This document shows positions 33,945-44,165 of a stretch of 64,000 bases of DNA, piece after piece. The notes beneath the pieces were generated by a model that worked only from the letters and a program-made list of their open reading frames with translations, was not told the DNA's origin and ran no database searches. The stretch's first letter is position 1; each line of letters opens with the position of its first letter. The stretch spans positions 637,855 to 701,854 of the forward strand of contig JBAZGN010000001.1 of assembly GCA_041652815.1 (NCBI GenBank), in the 5' to 3' direction. The position numbers and the translations under genes are program-made. The DNA is from Candidatus Omnitrophota bacterium (GTDB taxonomy: Bacteria; Omnitrophota; Gorgyraeia; Duberdicusellales; 4484-171).

Positions 33945-35114
33945 ATGGACAAGACAAAACTTATACCTGTAATTTTTCTTATTCTTGTTTTACTTTTAGG
34001 CGGCGCAGCCATAATGCTTTATACCGAAAAGGGTAAACTTGCCGAAGATAACAAAATATTAGCCAAGGATAAAGGCATTTTGACGGAAGAAAGGGATAAC
34101 TTGCGTGATAGCAACAATAAGCTTGAGAGAGATAAACAAAGCTACGAGGAAAGGATACAGAGCATAACTTCCAAACTGACAGATATCGAAAAAGAACGTG
34201 ATGATTGGAAAAAGAAGTTTGAAGACACTTCAAGCGAAAGAGACGCGTTAGTAGAAAAACTTAAAGAAAAGCCCAAAGTAGAAGTAGCGCAATCCGCAAC
34301 AGCCGGCACTACAAGCGCACAAACGCCCATTTCAGAGGAATATTGGGCTGATTTTGTTAAGGTTAAAGCTGCTCTTGAAGTAAAGGTTGAAGATCTAAAT
34401 AAGCAATTAAACGAGGCAAAGCTTAAGCTTTCCGAGCTGGATAGAAGCAATAAAGAGCTTTCTTCAAAACTTGATGAACTTTCCAAAGAAAAAGAAAGAG
34501 TTGAGAATGAGATGGAAATAAAAGAACGCACCATGCGCATAGTAAGCAGGGATTTGGTCAGCGAACGGGAGGCAAGAAAAATAGCAATGGAGGAACTAAA
34601 TAAGCTACGAGGAGAAAATGTTAACCTAAGAAGAGAACTCGTGGTTCTTAATAAAGAGAAGGTTCAACTACAAACTAATATAATGGATGTATCAGAGAAG
34701 AAGGGCGTGCTTGAAGATAAGATTTCAGGTGTTGAAAATGTAATGAAGGAAAAATCGCTTGAGCTCGAAGAGTTGCAGAAAGAACTTACCACTACAATTA
34801 AAGGAGATGGCAAAGTTGCCTCCAGAGAAACAGCTTCTGTTGAACTTCCTCCAATAGTAGTTAAATCAGGCGCAGGCCCCAGAGGCTTAAAGGGTGAAAT
34901 TTTAGCGGTTAATCCCGAAGAAAGATTTGTGGTAGTAAATATGGGAGAAACTTCAGGCGTCGGCCCTGGCAATGAATTAAAAGTGTTAAGGAAAAATAAA
35001 GAAATAGGCCGTATACAGATTATTGAAACAAGAAAAGATATTTCAGCTGCAGATATTAAAGACGTTGCTCCAGGCGTAAATATTCAGGAAGGCGATATAG
35101 TAATAACCAGATAA
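33945..35114 (+). CDS. Hypothetical membrane-anchored coiled-coil protein with a small C-terminal beta-rich domain.
   Basis: N-terminal TM helix, about 250 aa of heptad-rich K/E sequence, and a C-terminal approx. 90-aa globular segment. Confidence 0.4.
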   Translation: MDKTKLIPVIFLILVLLLGGAAIMLYTEKGKLAEDNKILAKDKGILTEERDNLRDSNNKLERDKQSYEERIQSITSKLTDIEKERDDWKKKFEDTSSERDALVEKLKEKPKVEVAQSATAGTTSAQTPISEEYWADFVKVKAALEVKVEDLNKQLNEAKLKLSELDRSNKELSSKLDELSKEKERVENEMEIKERTMRIVSRDLVSEREARKIAMEELNKLRGENVNLRRELVVLNKEKVQLQTNIMDVSEKKGVLEDKISGVENVMKEKSLELEELQKELTTTIKGDGKVASRETASVELPPIVVKSGAGPRGLKGEILAVNPEERFVVVNMGETSGVGPGNELKVLRKNKEIGRIQIIETRKDISAADIKDVAPGVNIQEGDIVITR

Positions 35115-35195
35115 TTAACACGCTCTCAGATAGCCACAGGTGGGAATAGTTTTTATCTGCACCAATCTGTAAGAGTTGAGAAAGTAGAGGCACTT

Positions 35196-36188
35196 GTGTC
35201 TTCTTCTATCACCATAAAAGAAGTTGCTAAGAAAGCAGGCGTTTCTATTGCAACTGTTTCACGTTACCTCACCAATCCTGCCTCAATCAAAGGTGAAAAC
35301 CGTAAAAATGTTCAGCAAGCTATTCAGGAACTAGGTTACCAGCCATTTCTTTACGCACGAAAACTCGCCGGAGGAAAACTTAATACTTTTGGCCTTATTA
35401 TTCCTGGCTATGAAGGCATTTTCTATTCTTTTTATGCAATTGAAACTATTCGAAATGTTGCCTTGGCCTTGGACAAAAAGGGAACAGACTTGCATTTACA
35501 TATTTTTTGGAATAAGGATAATTTTAGAACCTCTCTGGTTGATGGGGTCATATTTGCCGATGTTATTGATAACGAAGGCCAGTTAAAAAGGTTGATCAAA
35601 GAAAAATTTCCTCTTGTTGTGATAAACAAAAAGATAGATGACCCTTCAGTAAGCTATGTTGCTATAGATAATTTTAAAGGAGCATTCAACGCGACAGAGT
35701 TTCTAGCTCATCATGGGCATCGTTTTATAGCTCATCTTGCAGGAGACCTGCGTGTTCAATGTGCGCAGGAACGTTTAGATGGATATAAAAGCGCCCTAGA
35801 AAAGAATAAAATCAAAGTGCGGGAAGATTATATAAAAATTACCAATTTCTCAACTAAAGATGCAAGAGATAAGCTGGAAGAGTTGTTTTCTTTAAAAGAG
35901 CCGCCAACGGCTATATTCTGTAGTAGTGATGACATTGCCGTTGAAGTTTTAAATTTTGCGGAAGAAAAAAAGATAAAGGTACCAAAGGCTCTAAGTGTGG
36001 TAGGATTCGACGATAACATCCGTCAATTCCATGCAAATTTAGGCCTTACAACAGTAAGGCAGCCTATAGACAAAATGGCTTTTACGGCCGTTGAAATACT
36101 TAATGAAATAGTAGCAAAAAAGACAACAACTAAAAGAGTTGTCCTGGATGCTGAGTTAATTGTAAGGGATACGGTAGATTTTATATAA
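35196..36188 (+). CDS. LacI-family transcriptional regulator.
   Basis: N-terminal HTH IKEVAKKAGVSIATVSRYL and a periplasmic-binding-protein-like effector domain. Confidence 0.8.
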   Translation: MSSSITIKEVAKKAGVSIATVSRYLTNPASIKGENRKNVQQAIQELGYQPFLYARKLAGGKLNTFGLIIPGYEGIFYSFYAIETIRNVALALDKKGTDLHLHIFWNKDNFRTSLVDGVIFADVIDNEGQLKRLIKEKFPLVVINKKIDDPSVSYVAIDNFKGAFNATEFLAHHGHRFIAHLAGDLRVQCAQERLDGYKSALEKNKIKVREDYIKITNFSTKDARDKLEELFSLKEPPTAIFCSSDDIAVEVLNFAEEKKIKVPKALSVVGFDDNIRQFHANLGLTTVRQPIDKMAFTAVEILNEIVAKKTTTKRVVLDAELIVRDTVDFI

Positions 36189-36233
36189 CAATATATAGTA
36201 TTTAAAAAACAGTTAACTACTATATATAGTATT
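36188..36233 (+). promoter_or_regulatory. Tandem NrdR-box-like palindromes, ACAATATATAGT (36188-36199) and ACTATATATAGT (36219-36230), centres 31 bp apart, just upstream of the nrdJ promoter.
   Basis: They match the NrdR box pattern acaCwAtATaTwGtgt and the typical spacing of about 3 helical turns. Confidence 0.5.
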
Positions 36234-36238
36234 TTTTC

Positions 36239-36267
36239 TTGACATTCCCTACAAAGCGTGATATAAA
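36239..36267 (+). promoter_or_regulatory. Sigma70-like promoter of nrdJ (TTGACA-N17-TATAAA).
   Basis: ttgacattccctacaaagcgtgatataaa. Confidence 0.5.
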
Positions 36268-36339
36268 GATAGTCATTCCAGTTAAGTGGGTAGTTTTTTT
36301 AAAAAAAATCTAAGTTTTCTTTTAAAATGAGGAGTAATC

Positions 36340-38625
36340 ATGGAAGAAAAATTGAATTTTTCTCCCAATGCTTTAGTTGTTCTCAAAAAACGTTATCTTA
36401 AGAAAAATGAAAAAGGCCAGATTATAGAAACTCCGCTTGAGTTAGTTGAGCGAGTTTCTAGTGCTATCGCATCAATAGAGAAAAGGTACGGTGCGACTAA
36501 AGAAAAAGCCGAAGAAATAAAAAAGAAATTCTTCAAAATAATAGCCAGCCTTGAATTTGTTCCAAATTCCCCTACCTTAATGAATGCAGGAAAAGACTTG
36601 GGTCAGCTTTCTGCTTGTTTTGTCGTTCCCGTTGAAGACTCAATGGATTCTATTTTTGATGCGATAAAAGCAACAGCATTAATCCATAAAACAGGCGGCG
36701 GAACCGGTTTTAGCTTCTCGCGCCTGCGCCATAAAAATAGTGTTGTAAAATCTACCGGAGGCGTTGCATCCGGTCCTGTATCTTTTATGAAAGTTTTTGA
36801 TGCAGCAACTCAAGCAGTTAAACAGGGCGGAACCCGCCGCGGCGCAAATATGGGAATGCTGCGGATAGATCATCCGGATGTTTTAGAATTTATAAAATGC
36901 AAAGAAAAAGAAGGGGATATTTCAAATTTTAATATCTCAGTTGCGCTTACGGATGATTTTATGGAAAAAGTTTTGAAGGAAGAGGATTATAATTTAATTG
37001 ACCCTCATTCCGGAGAAACAGTAAACAGAATTAACGCGCATGATACATTTAATACTATTGCGGATTATGCTTATAAAAACGGAGAACCCGGTATTATATT
37101 TATTGATAGAATGAATGAAGGCAATCCCTCCCCTCATTTAGGAGTGATTGAAAGCACAAATCCTTGCGGAGAGCAACCGCTATTGCCTTATGAATCCTGC
37201 AACCTTGGTTCAATAAATCTTTCTAAATTTTTACGGGAGATAAATGGTGAATTTGAAATTGATTGGGAGCGCCTGAGAGATGTTACGTCTTCATCGGTAA
37301 GATTTCTTGATAATGTTATAGAGGCAAATAAATTTCCTTTACCCCAGATTAAAGAAAATACTCTAAAGACCAGAAAAATAGGTTTAGGCATTATGGGATG
37401 GGCAACTATGCTTGGATTTTTAGGTATAGCTTATGATAGCGACGAAGCAATTGATCTTGCAAAAAGGATAATGGATTTTATATATAAAAACGCTAAAGAA
37501 GAATCAATGAAGCTTGCAAAGGAGCGGGGAGTTTTCCCTGCCTGGAAGGGTAGTATTTGGGATAAAAAATCTATAAGGATAAGAAACGCAACGCTTACGA
37601 CAGTTGCTCCAACAGGGACCATAAGTATAATAGCAGGTCCTACATCAAGCGGCATAGAGCCTAATTTTTCTTTATGTTATTCCAGGAATGTTTTGGAAGG
37701 AGAGAAGCTTTTAGAAATTGATCCCGCGTTTGAATATATAGCTAAAAAAGAAGGTTTCTATAGTGAAGAGTTAATGAAGAAAATCGCCTCAGGAGAAAGC
37801 ATACAAAATATGGAGGAAGTGCCTGATGAATTTAAGAAAATATTTAAAACAGCCCTTGAAATCTCCCCGCTTTGGCATATTAAAATGCAGGCAGCCTTTC
37901 AGGAATTTACCGATAACGCCGTATCAAAAACTATAAATTTACCCAACAATGCAACAGTTGAGGATGTAAAAGAAGCTTACCTTCTTTCTTATAAATTACG
38001 TTGCAAAGGCGTTACCGTTTATAGAGACGGAAGCAGGAGCGTTCAGGTTTTAACTGTTGATAAGAAGAAAGAAGAGAAAAAACATGAGGCAGCAGAAGAA
38101 AAACAATCTGTATTTTCTTATCCTAAGCCGCGGCCAGAAGTCATAATGGGCACAACCACAAAAGTTACAACGGGCTGCGGTAATTTATATATAACTATTA
38201 ACCAGGCTGAAAGCGGAGATTTTTTTGAAGTTTTTACTCAAATGGGTAAAGCAGGAGGCTGTGCTGGCAGCCAGCTTGAGGCTGTAGGCAGGCTTATCTC
38301 TCTAGCGCTTCGTGGTGGAGTGGACATAAAAGTTGTTACGGAGCAGCTTAAAGGAATAAGATGCCCGTCTCCGAGCTGGGTAAATGGAAAAAAGATTTTT
38401 TCCTGTGCAGATGCGGTTGCCAGGGTTTTAGAAAAGAGAGCAATGGATCAAAAAGAAATTGTCAAAGTAGAGGTACCTGTTTTAGAAAAGCAGGAAGCCT
38501 CGGTTTTGGTAAAAAAAGCTAATAGTTTCAGCAATATAGTTGGTGTTTGCCCGGATTGTGGTTTTGCCCTCAGGCATCAGGAAGGCTGTCTGCTTTGTGA
38601 TGCGTGCGGGTATTCTAAGTGTTGA
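36340..38625 (+). CDS. nrdJ: Class II (adenosylcobalamin-dependent) ribonucleotide reductase.
   Basis: NrdJ-type N-terminus, active-site Cys/Asn/Glu region (NPCGEQPL), and a C-terminal Cys-rich tail CPDCG...CDACG. Confidence 0.85.
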   Translation: MEEKLNFSPNALVVLKKRYLKKNEKGQIIETPLELVERVSSAIASIEKRYGATKEKAEEIKKKFFKIIASLEFVPNSPTLMNAGKDLGQLSACFVVPVEDSMDSIFDAIKATALIHKTGGGTGFSFSRLRHKNSVVKSTGGVASGPVSFMKVFDAATQAVKQGGTRRGANMGMLRIDHPDVLEFIKCKEKEGDISNFNISVALTDDFMEKVLKEEDYNLIDPHSGETVNRINAHDTFNTIADYAYKNGEPGIIFIDRMNEGNPSPHLGVIESTNPCGEQPLLPYESCNLGSINLSKFLREINGEFEIDWERLRDVTSSSVRFLDNVIEANKFPLPQIKENTLKTRKIGLGIMGWATMLGFLGIAYDSDEAIDLAKRIMDFIYKNAKEESMKLAKERGVFPAWKGSIWDKKSIRIRNATLTTVAPTGTISIIAGPTSSGIEPNFSLCYSRNVLEGEKLLEIDPAFEYIAKKEGFYSEELMKKIASGESIQNMEEVPDEFKKIFKTALEISPLWHIKMQAAFQEFTDNAVSKTINLPNNATVEDVKEAYLLSYKLRCKGVTVYRDGSRSVQVLTVDKKKEEKKHEAAEEKQSVFSYPKPRPEVIMGTTTKVTTGCGNLYITINQAESGDFFEVFTQMGKAGGCAGSQLEAVGRLISLALRGGVDIKVVTEQLKGIRCPSPSWVNGKKIFSCADAVARVLEKRAMDQKEIVKVEVPVLEKQEASVLVKKANSFSNIVGVCPDCGFALRHQEGCLLCDACGYSKC

Positions 38626-38633
38626 TGATAAAA

Positions 38634-38716
38634 AAGGCTAAGGCTGAGGTTAAGAAAAAAGAAGTTTAAAATAGATAATAAATCCCCAACTTGGCCTAAA
38701 CCTCAACCTAACCCTC
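38634..38716. repeat. Family-7 inverted-repeat element, copy 2.
   Basis: AAGGCTAAGGCTGAGGTTAAG ... CCTAAACCTCAACCTAACC. Confidence 0.5.
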
Positions 38717-38745
38717 TATTAAGTTATTCAAAAAAGGATAAAAGC

Positions 38746-39489
38746 ATGATCAAATTAGTTTTACTGCGGCATGGTGAAAGCGCTTGGAATTTAGAAAATA
38801 GATTTACCGGCTGGACTGATGTGGGGCTTTCGGAAAAAGGCGTCAAGGAAGCGCATTTGTCAGCAGAGTGGTTAAAAAAAGAAGGGTTTGTTTTTGATAT
38901 AGCATATACGTCGGTTCTAAAGAGGGCAATTAAAACTCTTTGGATAGCTTTGGAGGATATGGATTTAATGTGGATTCCTGTTTACAATTCCTGGCGGCTT
39001 AATGAACGCCACTATGGTAGTTTGCAGGGCTTAAACAAAATAGAAATGGTTGAAAAATTCGGAGAAAAGCAGGTACTTATATGGAGAAGAAGCTATGATG
39101 TCCAGCCGCCTGCCTTAACCAAAGACGATACGCGTTTCCCCGGCAACGACCCCAGATATAAAAATCTTAAAAAAGAAGAATTACCTCTAACTGAATGTCT
39201 CAAAGATACAGTAAATAGATTCTTGCCTTATTGGCATAATACAATTGCTCCAAGCCTTAAAGAAGGTAAACGCGTAATTATAGCAGCTCACGGAAATAGC
39301 CTGCGGGCCCTGGTTAAATATCTGGATGACGTTTCTGATAACGAGATTGTCAGTTTAAATATTCCTACAGGAATTCCTCTGGTTTATGAATTGGACGACA
39401 ATCTAAGGCCGCTTAAGCACTATTATCTTGCTCCGCCAGATGTCCTTGCCAAAGCGATAGATTCGGTAGTTAAGCAAACAAAGAAATAG
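38746..39489 (+). CDS. gpmA: 2,3-bisphosphoglycerate-dependent phosphoglycerate mutase.
   Basis: [10 protein letters not shown] catalytic His motif; 247 aa. Confidence 0.9.
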   Translation: MIKLVLLRHGESAWNLENRFTGWTDVGLSEKGVKEAHLSAEWLKKEGFVFDIAYTSVLKRAIKTLWIALEDMDLMWIPVYNSWRLNERHYGSLQGLNKIEMVEKFGEKQVLIWRRSYDVQPPALTKDDTRFPGNDPRYKNLKKEELPLTECLKDTVNRFLPYWHNTIAPSLKEGKRVIIAAHGNSLRALVKYLDDVSDNEIVSLNIPTGIPLVYELDDNLRPLKHYYLAPPDVLAKAIDSVVKQTKK

Positions 39490-39637
39490 TTTTAAATCCA
39501 TATCGACACCGCGAAAGCGCAAAAATTCCGCAAAAACGCAAAAAAATAAATATTAAAATAATCTATGTTTTTGGTATAATTTTCGTATCTTTTTTTTGCG
39601 ATTTTACGGCTCTTTTGCGGCTTTGCGGTGTAAATTT
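39490..39637. repeat. Imperfect inverted-repeat element (CACCGCGAAAGCGCAAAA ... TTTTGCGGCTTTGCGGTG) that contains the extended -10 TGGTATAAT for mnmG.
   Basis: Seen directly. Confidence 0.4.
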
Positions 39638-41551
39638 ATGAAAAAATATGATTGCATAGTTATCGGCGCAGGCCACGCAGGTATTGAGGCGGCGTATTCT
39701 GCTTCAACGCTTGGTTTAAACACCCTTCTTTTAACTCTTTCGCTGGATACTATAGGAAAATTATCCTGTAATCCTGCCGTCGGAGGCGTTGCTAAGGGCA
39801 ATCTCGTAAGAGAGATAGATGCCCTTGGCGGCTTAATTGGCAAAATTGCCGATAAATGTGCTTTAAACTACCGAATATTGAATAAAAGTAAAGGTAAAGC
39901 GGTCTGGGCAACAAGGGCGCAAGTGGATATGTTTGAATATCCGGTTGTTGCAAGAAAGTATCTGGAGGCTTGCCCAAATCTGACAATCCTGCAGGCAAAA
40001 GTAAAAAATATTCTTGTAAAAAATAAAAAAATATATGGTGCCGAGGTTAACTTCGGAGAAATTTTTCAGGCAAAAACAATAATTATCTGTGCGGGGACGT
40101 TTCTTAAAAGCAAAATACATATCGGCTTACAAAGTTTTTCCGGCGGAAGGCTTTGCGAAGAATCCAGTGATGAATTATTCGATAGCATACGAAAACTTGG
40201 GATTACCACAAAGCATTTTAAGACAGGTACTTGTGCCAGGCTTGATGCAAGGAGCCTTAATTTTTCAAAAATGACTGAACAACTGCCGGACATGGAAGCT
40301 GTACCTTTTTCTTGCACAAATACTGCTCTTTTGGAAAATCAATTAAGCTGTTATATAACCTATACCAATAAAAAAACCCATAGCATTATTTTAAAAAATC
40401 TCAACCGCTCGCCGCTTTACACAGGAAAAATCAAAGCAAGGGGTGTTAGGTATTGCCCGTCTCTTGAGGATAAAATCGTCAAATTCAAAGACCACCCGCG
40501 CCATCAGATTTTTATTGAACCGGAAGGAAGAAATACGGTTGAAGTTTATCCAAACGGTATTTCTACATCTCTGCCTTTCGATGTTCAGCTTAAATTCATT
40601 CATACCATAGAAGGTTTGGAAGATGCTATTATGTTGCGGCCAGGTTACGGTATCGAACACGGGTTAATAGATGCAAGAGAGCTGGATAGTACATTGGAAT
40701 CAAAAAAAATATCCGGACTTTATTTTGCCGGCCAGGTTAATGGAACAACCGGCTACGAAGAAGCAGCTGCGCAAGGGTTAATTGCCGGGATAAATGCCGC
40801 TCTTTTAGTAAAAAATAAAAAACCCTTTATTCTAAGAAGAGAAGAGGCATTTTTGGGAGTTTTAATTGATGATTTAACGGAAAAAGGAACGGATGAGCCA
40901 TACAGAATGTTTACTTCGCGCTCGGAATTTCGGTTGAGTTTACGCGAAAGCAATGCGGATATAAGGTTAAGCAGCCTTGGCTGTGATTTAGGTTTGCTTA
41001 ACCGTGAGCAGTACCAGCAGGTTGTTTCAAAGAAACAAAAAATAGAAGAGCAAATAAAGAAAATGAAAACCATAAAAGTTATCTTTGAAAAACAAAAATT
41101 ATCTGTTTTCGATATTTTAAAACGGCCTAAAATTACATACGAGGAAATAGAAAAATATATGGATGACAAAGGCGTTACAAACCAGGTAAACCCCGTTAGA
41201 AAGGATGGGGCTCTAAACCCCAATATTTCTGAAAATAATGAGATGGGAATATATTCAGCTCCACCCTTACGAACGAGGCTTTCTAACGGGGTAAAATGGG
41301 AAACAGAAATAAACATAAAATATGAAGGTTTTATCAAGCGTGAGCAGGTGTGGCTTCGTGAACTTAAAAATCTTGACCGGATAAAAATGCCAAAAATTAA
41401 TTTTTCCAAAATACCTTCATTATCAAAAGAGGTAGTGGAAAAGTTGAATAAGTTTAAACCGGATACTTTGGGTGAAGCCCTAAGAATAAGCGGGATTACT
41501 CCGGCAGCGATACTTACGGTTTATAATTTTATTAAGAAAAGTAGGAGATAG
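39638..41551 (+). CDS. mnmG: tRNA uridine-5-carboxymethylaminomethyl modification enzyme MnmG (GidA). The start is chosen at [10 protein letters not shown]; the ORF track begins 42 nt earlier.
   Basis: FAD motif [16 protein letters not shown] and a GidA C-terminal domain. Confidence 0.9.
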   Translation: MKKYDCIVIGAGHAGIEAAYSASTLGLNTLLLTLSLDTIGKLSCNPAVGGVAKGNLVREIDALGGLIGKIADKCALNYRILNKSKGKAVWATRAQVDMFEYPVVARKYLEACPNLTILQAKVKNILVKNKKIYGAEVNFGEIFQAKTIIICAGTFLKSKIHIGLQSFSGGRLCEESSDELFDSIRKLGITTKHFKTGTCARLDARSLNFSKMTEQLPDMEAVPFSCTNTALLENQLSCYITYTNKKTHSIILKNLNRSPLYTGKIKARGVRYCPSLEDKIVKFKDHPRHQIFIEPEGRNTVEVYPNGISTSLPFDVQLKFIHTIEGLEDAIMLRPGYGIEHGLIDARELDSTLESKKISGLYFAGQVNGTTGYEEAAAQGLIAGINAALLVKNKKPFILRREEAFLGVLIDDLTEKGTDEPYRMFTSRSEFRLSLRESNADIRLSSLGCDLGLLNREQYQQVVSKKQKIEEQIKKMKTIKVIFEKQKLSVFDILKRPKITYEEIEKYMDDKGVTNQVNPVRKDGALNPNISENNEMGIYSAPPLRTRLSNGVKWETEINIKYEGFIKREQVWLRELKNLDRIKMPKINFSKIPSLSKEVVEKLNKFKPDTLGEALRISGITPAAILTVYNFIKKSRR

Positions 41552-41562
41552 GGGGGGGCAGA

Positions 41563-41835
41563 ATGGATTTTAAAATCTTTTTTACGGCATTTACCACAAT
41601 ATTCTTAGCTGAATTGTTTGATAAAACGGAATTAGCCGTATTTTCACTTTCTGCTAAAGGAAACAGTAAAATGCCAGTATTCTTAGGTGCAATGGCTGCT
41701 TTCTTCCTCGCAACGCTATTAGCAGTTATTTTCGGCAGTGTGCTTTCGAAATTTGTTGACCCTAAAATTATGCGTTATGTAAGCGCGTCGGTATTTTTTG
41801 CGGCTGGTTTCCTTATACTTATGGGAAAGTTATAA
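41563..41835 (+). CDS. UPF0016 (GDT1/TMEM165) family membrane protein, single half-repeat of about 90 aa.
   Basis: E-x-G-D-K-T-like signature ELFDKTE in the first TM helix. Confidence 0.5.
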   Translation: MDFKIFFTAFTTIFLAELFDKTELAVFSLSAKGNSKMPVFLGAMAAFFLATLLAVIFGSVLSKFVDPKIMRYVSASVFFAAGFLILMGKL

Positions 41836-41866
41836 TTAAGCCAAGAGGGCCGGGCAGGCTTTGATC

Positions 41867-42958
41867 CTATTCGATTTTTGTAAGGCTAAGATATTTTGCA
41901 ATTGAATTCGCAAAATTAGCTGTTGCACCGCGCGGCGAGAGTATATCTTTAATTTTGCTTAGTTCTTTTTTAAGATTATTGTATTCAGCTTCATCTTTGA
42001 GGTAGCGCAGGGTAACCTGCGCTATTTTTCCCGGATTTGCTTTGTCCTGAAGAAGTTCTTCAACAATTTTCCTTGAAGCCAGAATATTTGTCATAGCTAT
42101 AAATCTTAATTTCACGAGTTTCCTCAGTAAATGCCAGCTGAAAAGGTTAAGTTTGTATATAACTATAAAGGGAACTTCCAGGATAGAAATTTCAATAGTT
42201 GCAGTCCCTGACGAAGTAATGATAAAAGCAGATTCTTCTATCATCTCATAACTATGGTCTACAATTTCAATATTAGGAGCCATCTTCGTATAAAATTGTA
42301 ATGGTATGTTTTCGGGGCGTATTATTCTGAATTGATAACCCGGTAATTGCTTTTCGATAAGCTCTTTGGATTTGACCATCGCAGGAAGATGATTTCTTAT
42401 TTCGTTTTTACGCGATCCGGGCATAAAGGAAATTATCTTTTTAGGTTCGATATTTTTTTTCGTAATTACTTCAAGAAGCGGATGGCCAAAATAATAAACT
42501 TCCATTTTTTCTTTTCTGTAAAAATCTTCCTCAAACCTAAAGATAACAATCATCCGGTTAACATATCTTTTTATTGATTCTATTCGCCTTTTACGCCACG
42601 CCCAGACTTGCGGGCTTACGTAGTAAAAGATATGGTATTTGTTGTTCAGATTTTTTGCAAGCTGCAGGTTAAAATCAGGGAAATCTATTAATATGATAAG
42701 GTCAGGGTTTATGCTTTCTATTTCGTGCAGAGCCTGGGAATAGGTTTCAAGCAAGTCTTTAAGGCAAAGTAGCACTTCGAAAATGCCGGAAACCGAATGT
42801 GATAAAAGGTCAATGCGCTGGGTCGAATATCTTGCTAAGTGCTCACCGCCAAAAGAAAATATTTCAACTCCCAAATATTGTTCTTTAAGCGTTTTACATA
42901 GCATTGCGCCGTATAAATCTCCTGATTTATCACCGGCGATAATTATTATTCTTTTCAT
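41867..42958 (-). CDS. lpxB: Lipid-A-disaccharide synthase.
   Basis: N-terminal IAGDKSGDLYGA and a GT-B fold of about 360 aa. Confidence 0.8.
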   Translation of the reverse strand: MKRIIIIAGDKSGDLYGAMLCKTLKEQYLGVEIFSFGGEHLARYSTQRIDLLSHSVSGIFEVLLCLKDLLETYSQALHEIESINPDLIILIDFPDFNLQLAKNLNNKYHIFYYVSPQVWAWRKRRIESIKRYVNRMIVIFRFEEDFYRKEKMEVYYFGHPLLEVITKKNIEPKKIISFMPGSRKNEIRNHLPAMVKSKELIEKQLPGYQFRIIRPENIPLQFYTKMAPNIEIVDHSYEMIEESAFIITSSGTATIEISILEVPFIVIYKLNLFSWHLLRKLVKLRFIAMTNILASRKIVEELLQDKANPGKIAQVTLRYLKDEAEYNNLKKELSKIKDILSPRGATANFANSIAKYLSLTKIE

Positions 42959-42960
42959 TT

Positions 42961-43050
42961 TTTAGCTCTTAGTTTTCAGCTCTCAATTGTCAGCCGCCCT
43001 TCAAAAGCGCCCCTTAGGGGGGGCTGAAAGCTGACAGCTGATAGCTTTTA
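42961..43050. repeat. Family-3 palindromic element, copy 2, inverted relative to copy 1.
   Basis: Reverse complement reads AGCTTTCAGCCCCCCCCTAAGGGGCGCTTTTGAAGGGCGGCTGACAATTGAGAGCTGAAAA. Confidence 0.6.
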
Positions 43051-43052
43051 TG

Positions 43053-43949
43053 TTATGCCGACATAATCTTTTCGATATCCAAGGCAAGCTTAAGGGCATT
43101 TTTTGCTCTTATGGAGTCGGCAATATCGAATTTATTATTCTTTACCAGGCTAACGAAGTCAAGGATTTCTTTTTTTAACGGTTCTTCTTTGTCTATAGCC
43201 AAAGATTGTTTGGTTATCTGGTTTTTTATTTTTTGATATATTTCAGCATGCTGCTCGGCGAAATCCAGCGAAATATAGCAGTGTGATAGAAATATCCTTA
43301 TCTTTCTTTCTTTTTTAGCGGATATGCGTGAAGCTGTAATATTCGCAACGCACCCGTTTTCAAAGGTGATACGCGCATTTGCTATGTCTTCTTTCTCCGA
43401 AAGTACCTTAACCCCCTTTGCTTCGACTTTTTTCACTTCTGCTCTTACCAAATCAAGAATGATATCGAGGTCATGAATCATTAAATCCAATACTACACTT
43501 ATATCAAGGCTTCTGTTGGGGTATTGGCTTAAGCGGTGGCATTCTATGAAAAGCGGTTTTTTAACTTGTTTTTTTATGGCAAGATAGGCATTATTGTAAC
43601 GCTCGACATGCCCGACAAAAAGAATAGTTTTATTGCCCTTAGCTGTTTTTATCAATTTTTCTGCTTCGGATAATTTTTGGGTGATTGGCTTTTCTACCAG
43701 AACAGGAACATGATTTTTTAAGAAAAACTGGGCAATTTCAAAGTGGTTTATGGTTGGTGCAGCAATGCTTACCAGTCCGACTTTTCCAAGCAAACGCCGA
43801 TAGTCGGTAAAAGATTCTATATCGGGATGCGCTGCTAATTTAGCCGGGTCACAATCAACGATACATATATGTTTTACGTCGCTTATCTCTTTGTAAATAC
43901 GTAAATGTATGCTTCCTAATTTTCCTATGCCGATTACGCCTATTCTCAT
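43053..43949 (-). CDS. Gfo/Idh/MocA-family NAD(P)-dependent oxidoreductase (possible GnnA-like UDP-GlcNAc 3-dehydrogenase, given the lpxB neighbour).
   Basis: Rossmann N-terminus MRIGVIGIGKLG and family-typical length. Confidence 0.65.
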   Translation of the reverse strand: MRIGVIGIGKLGSIHLRIYKEISDVKHICIVDCDPAKLAAHPDIESFTDYRRLLGKVGLVSIAAPTINHFEIAQFFLKNHVPVLVEKPITQKLSEAEKLIKTAKGNKTILFVGHVERYNNAYLAIKKQVKKPLFIECHRLSQYPNRSLDISVVLDLMIHDLDIILDLVRAEVKKVEAKGVKVLSEKEDIANARITFENGCVANITASRISAKKERKIRIFLSHCYISLDFAEQHAEIYQKIKNQITKQSLAIDKEEPLKKEILDFVSLVKNNKFDIADSIRAKNALKLALDIEKIMSA

Positions 43950-44075
43950 ATTTTACGCAGATGATCACGGATTGTTTAAAAGTAGCACGTATCAAGTGTC
44001 ACGTTTAAAAACTTGTTACCTGTTACGTGTTACCTGCTACGTTTAGATAATCTGTGCTAATCTGTGTATAATATC
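43950..44075. repeat. Composite spacer with degenerate family-1 (CAGATGATCACGG; GATAATCTGTGCTAATCTGTG) and family-4-like (CACGT/GTTACCTG) repeats upstream of msbA.
   Basis: Seen directly. Confidence 0.4.
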
Positions 44076-44165
44076 AAATACCTTGAGGAAAGTCAATTGA
44101 TGTGGTAGAATGCACCTCAAATCTAATGGCAAAATTACTCTTGCCTACACGTAATTATAATAACT

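Noticed and set aside
39596-39637. Upstream extension of mnmG ([14 protein letters not shown]) in the ORF track.
   Set aside because: The conserved MnmG N-terminus begins at [10 protein letters not shown] (39638). The extension overlaps the inverted-repeat promoter element.
40753-41409. A 218-aa minus-strand ORF inside mnmG, plus similar antisense ORFs of 117-167 aa (34142-34540, 48424-48840, 48551-48904, 52731-53207, 56530-56937, 63089-63592).
   Set aside because: All lie antisense within strongly supported housekeeping genes. They are low-complexity and Ser/Leu/Phe-rich, and are typical spurious ORFs of AT-rich DNA.
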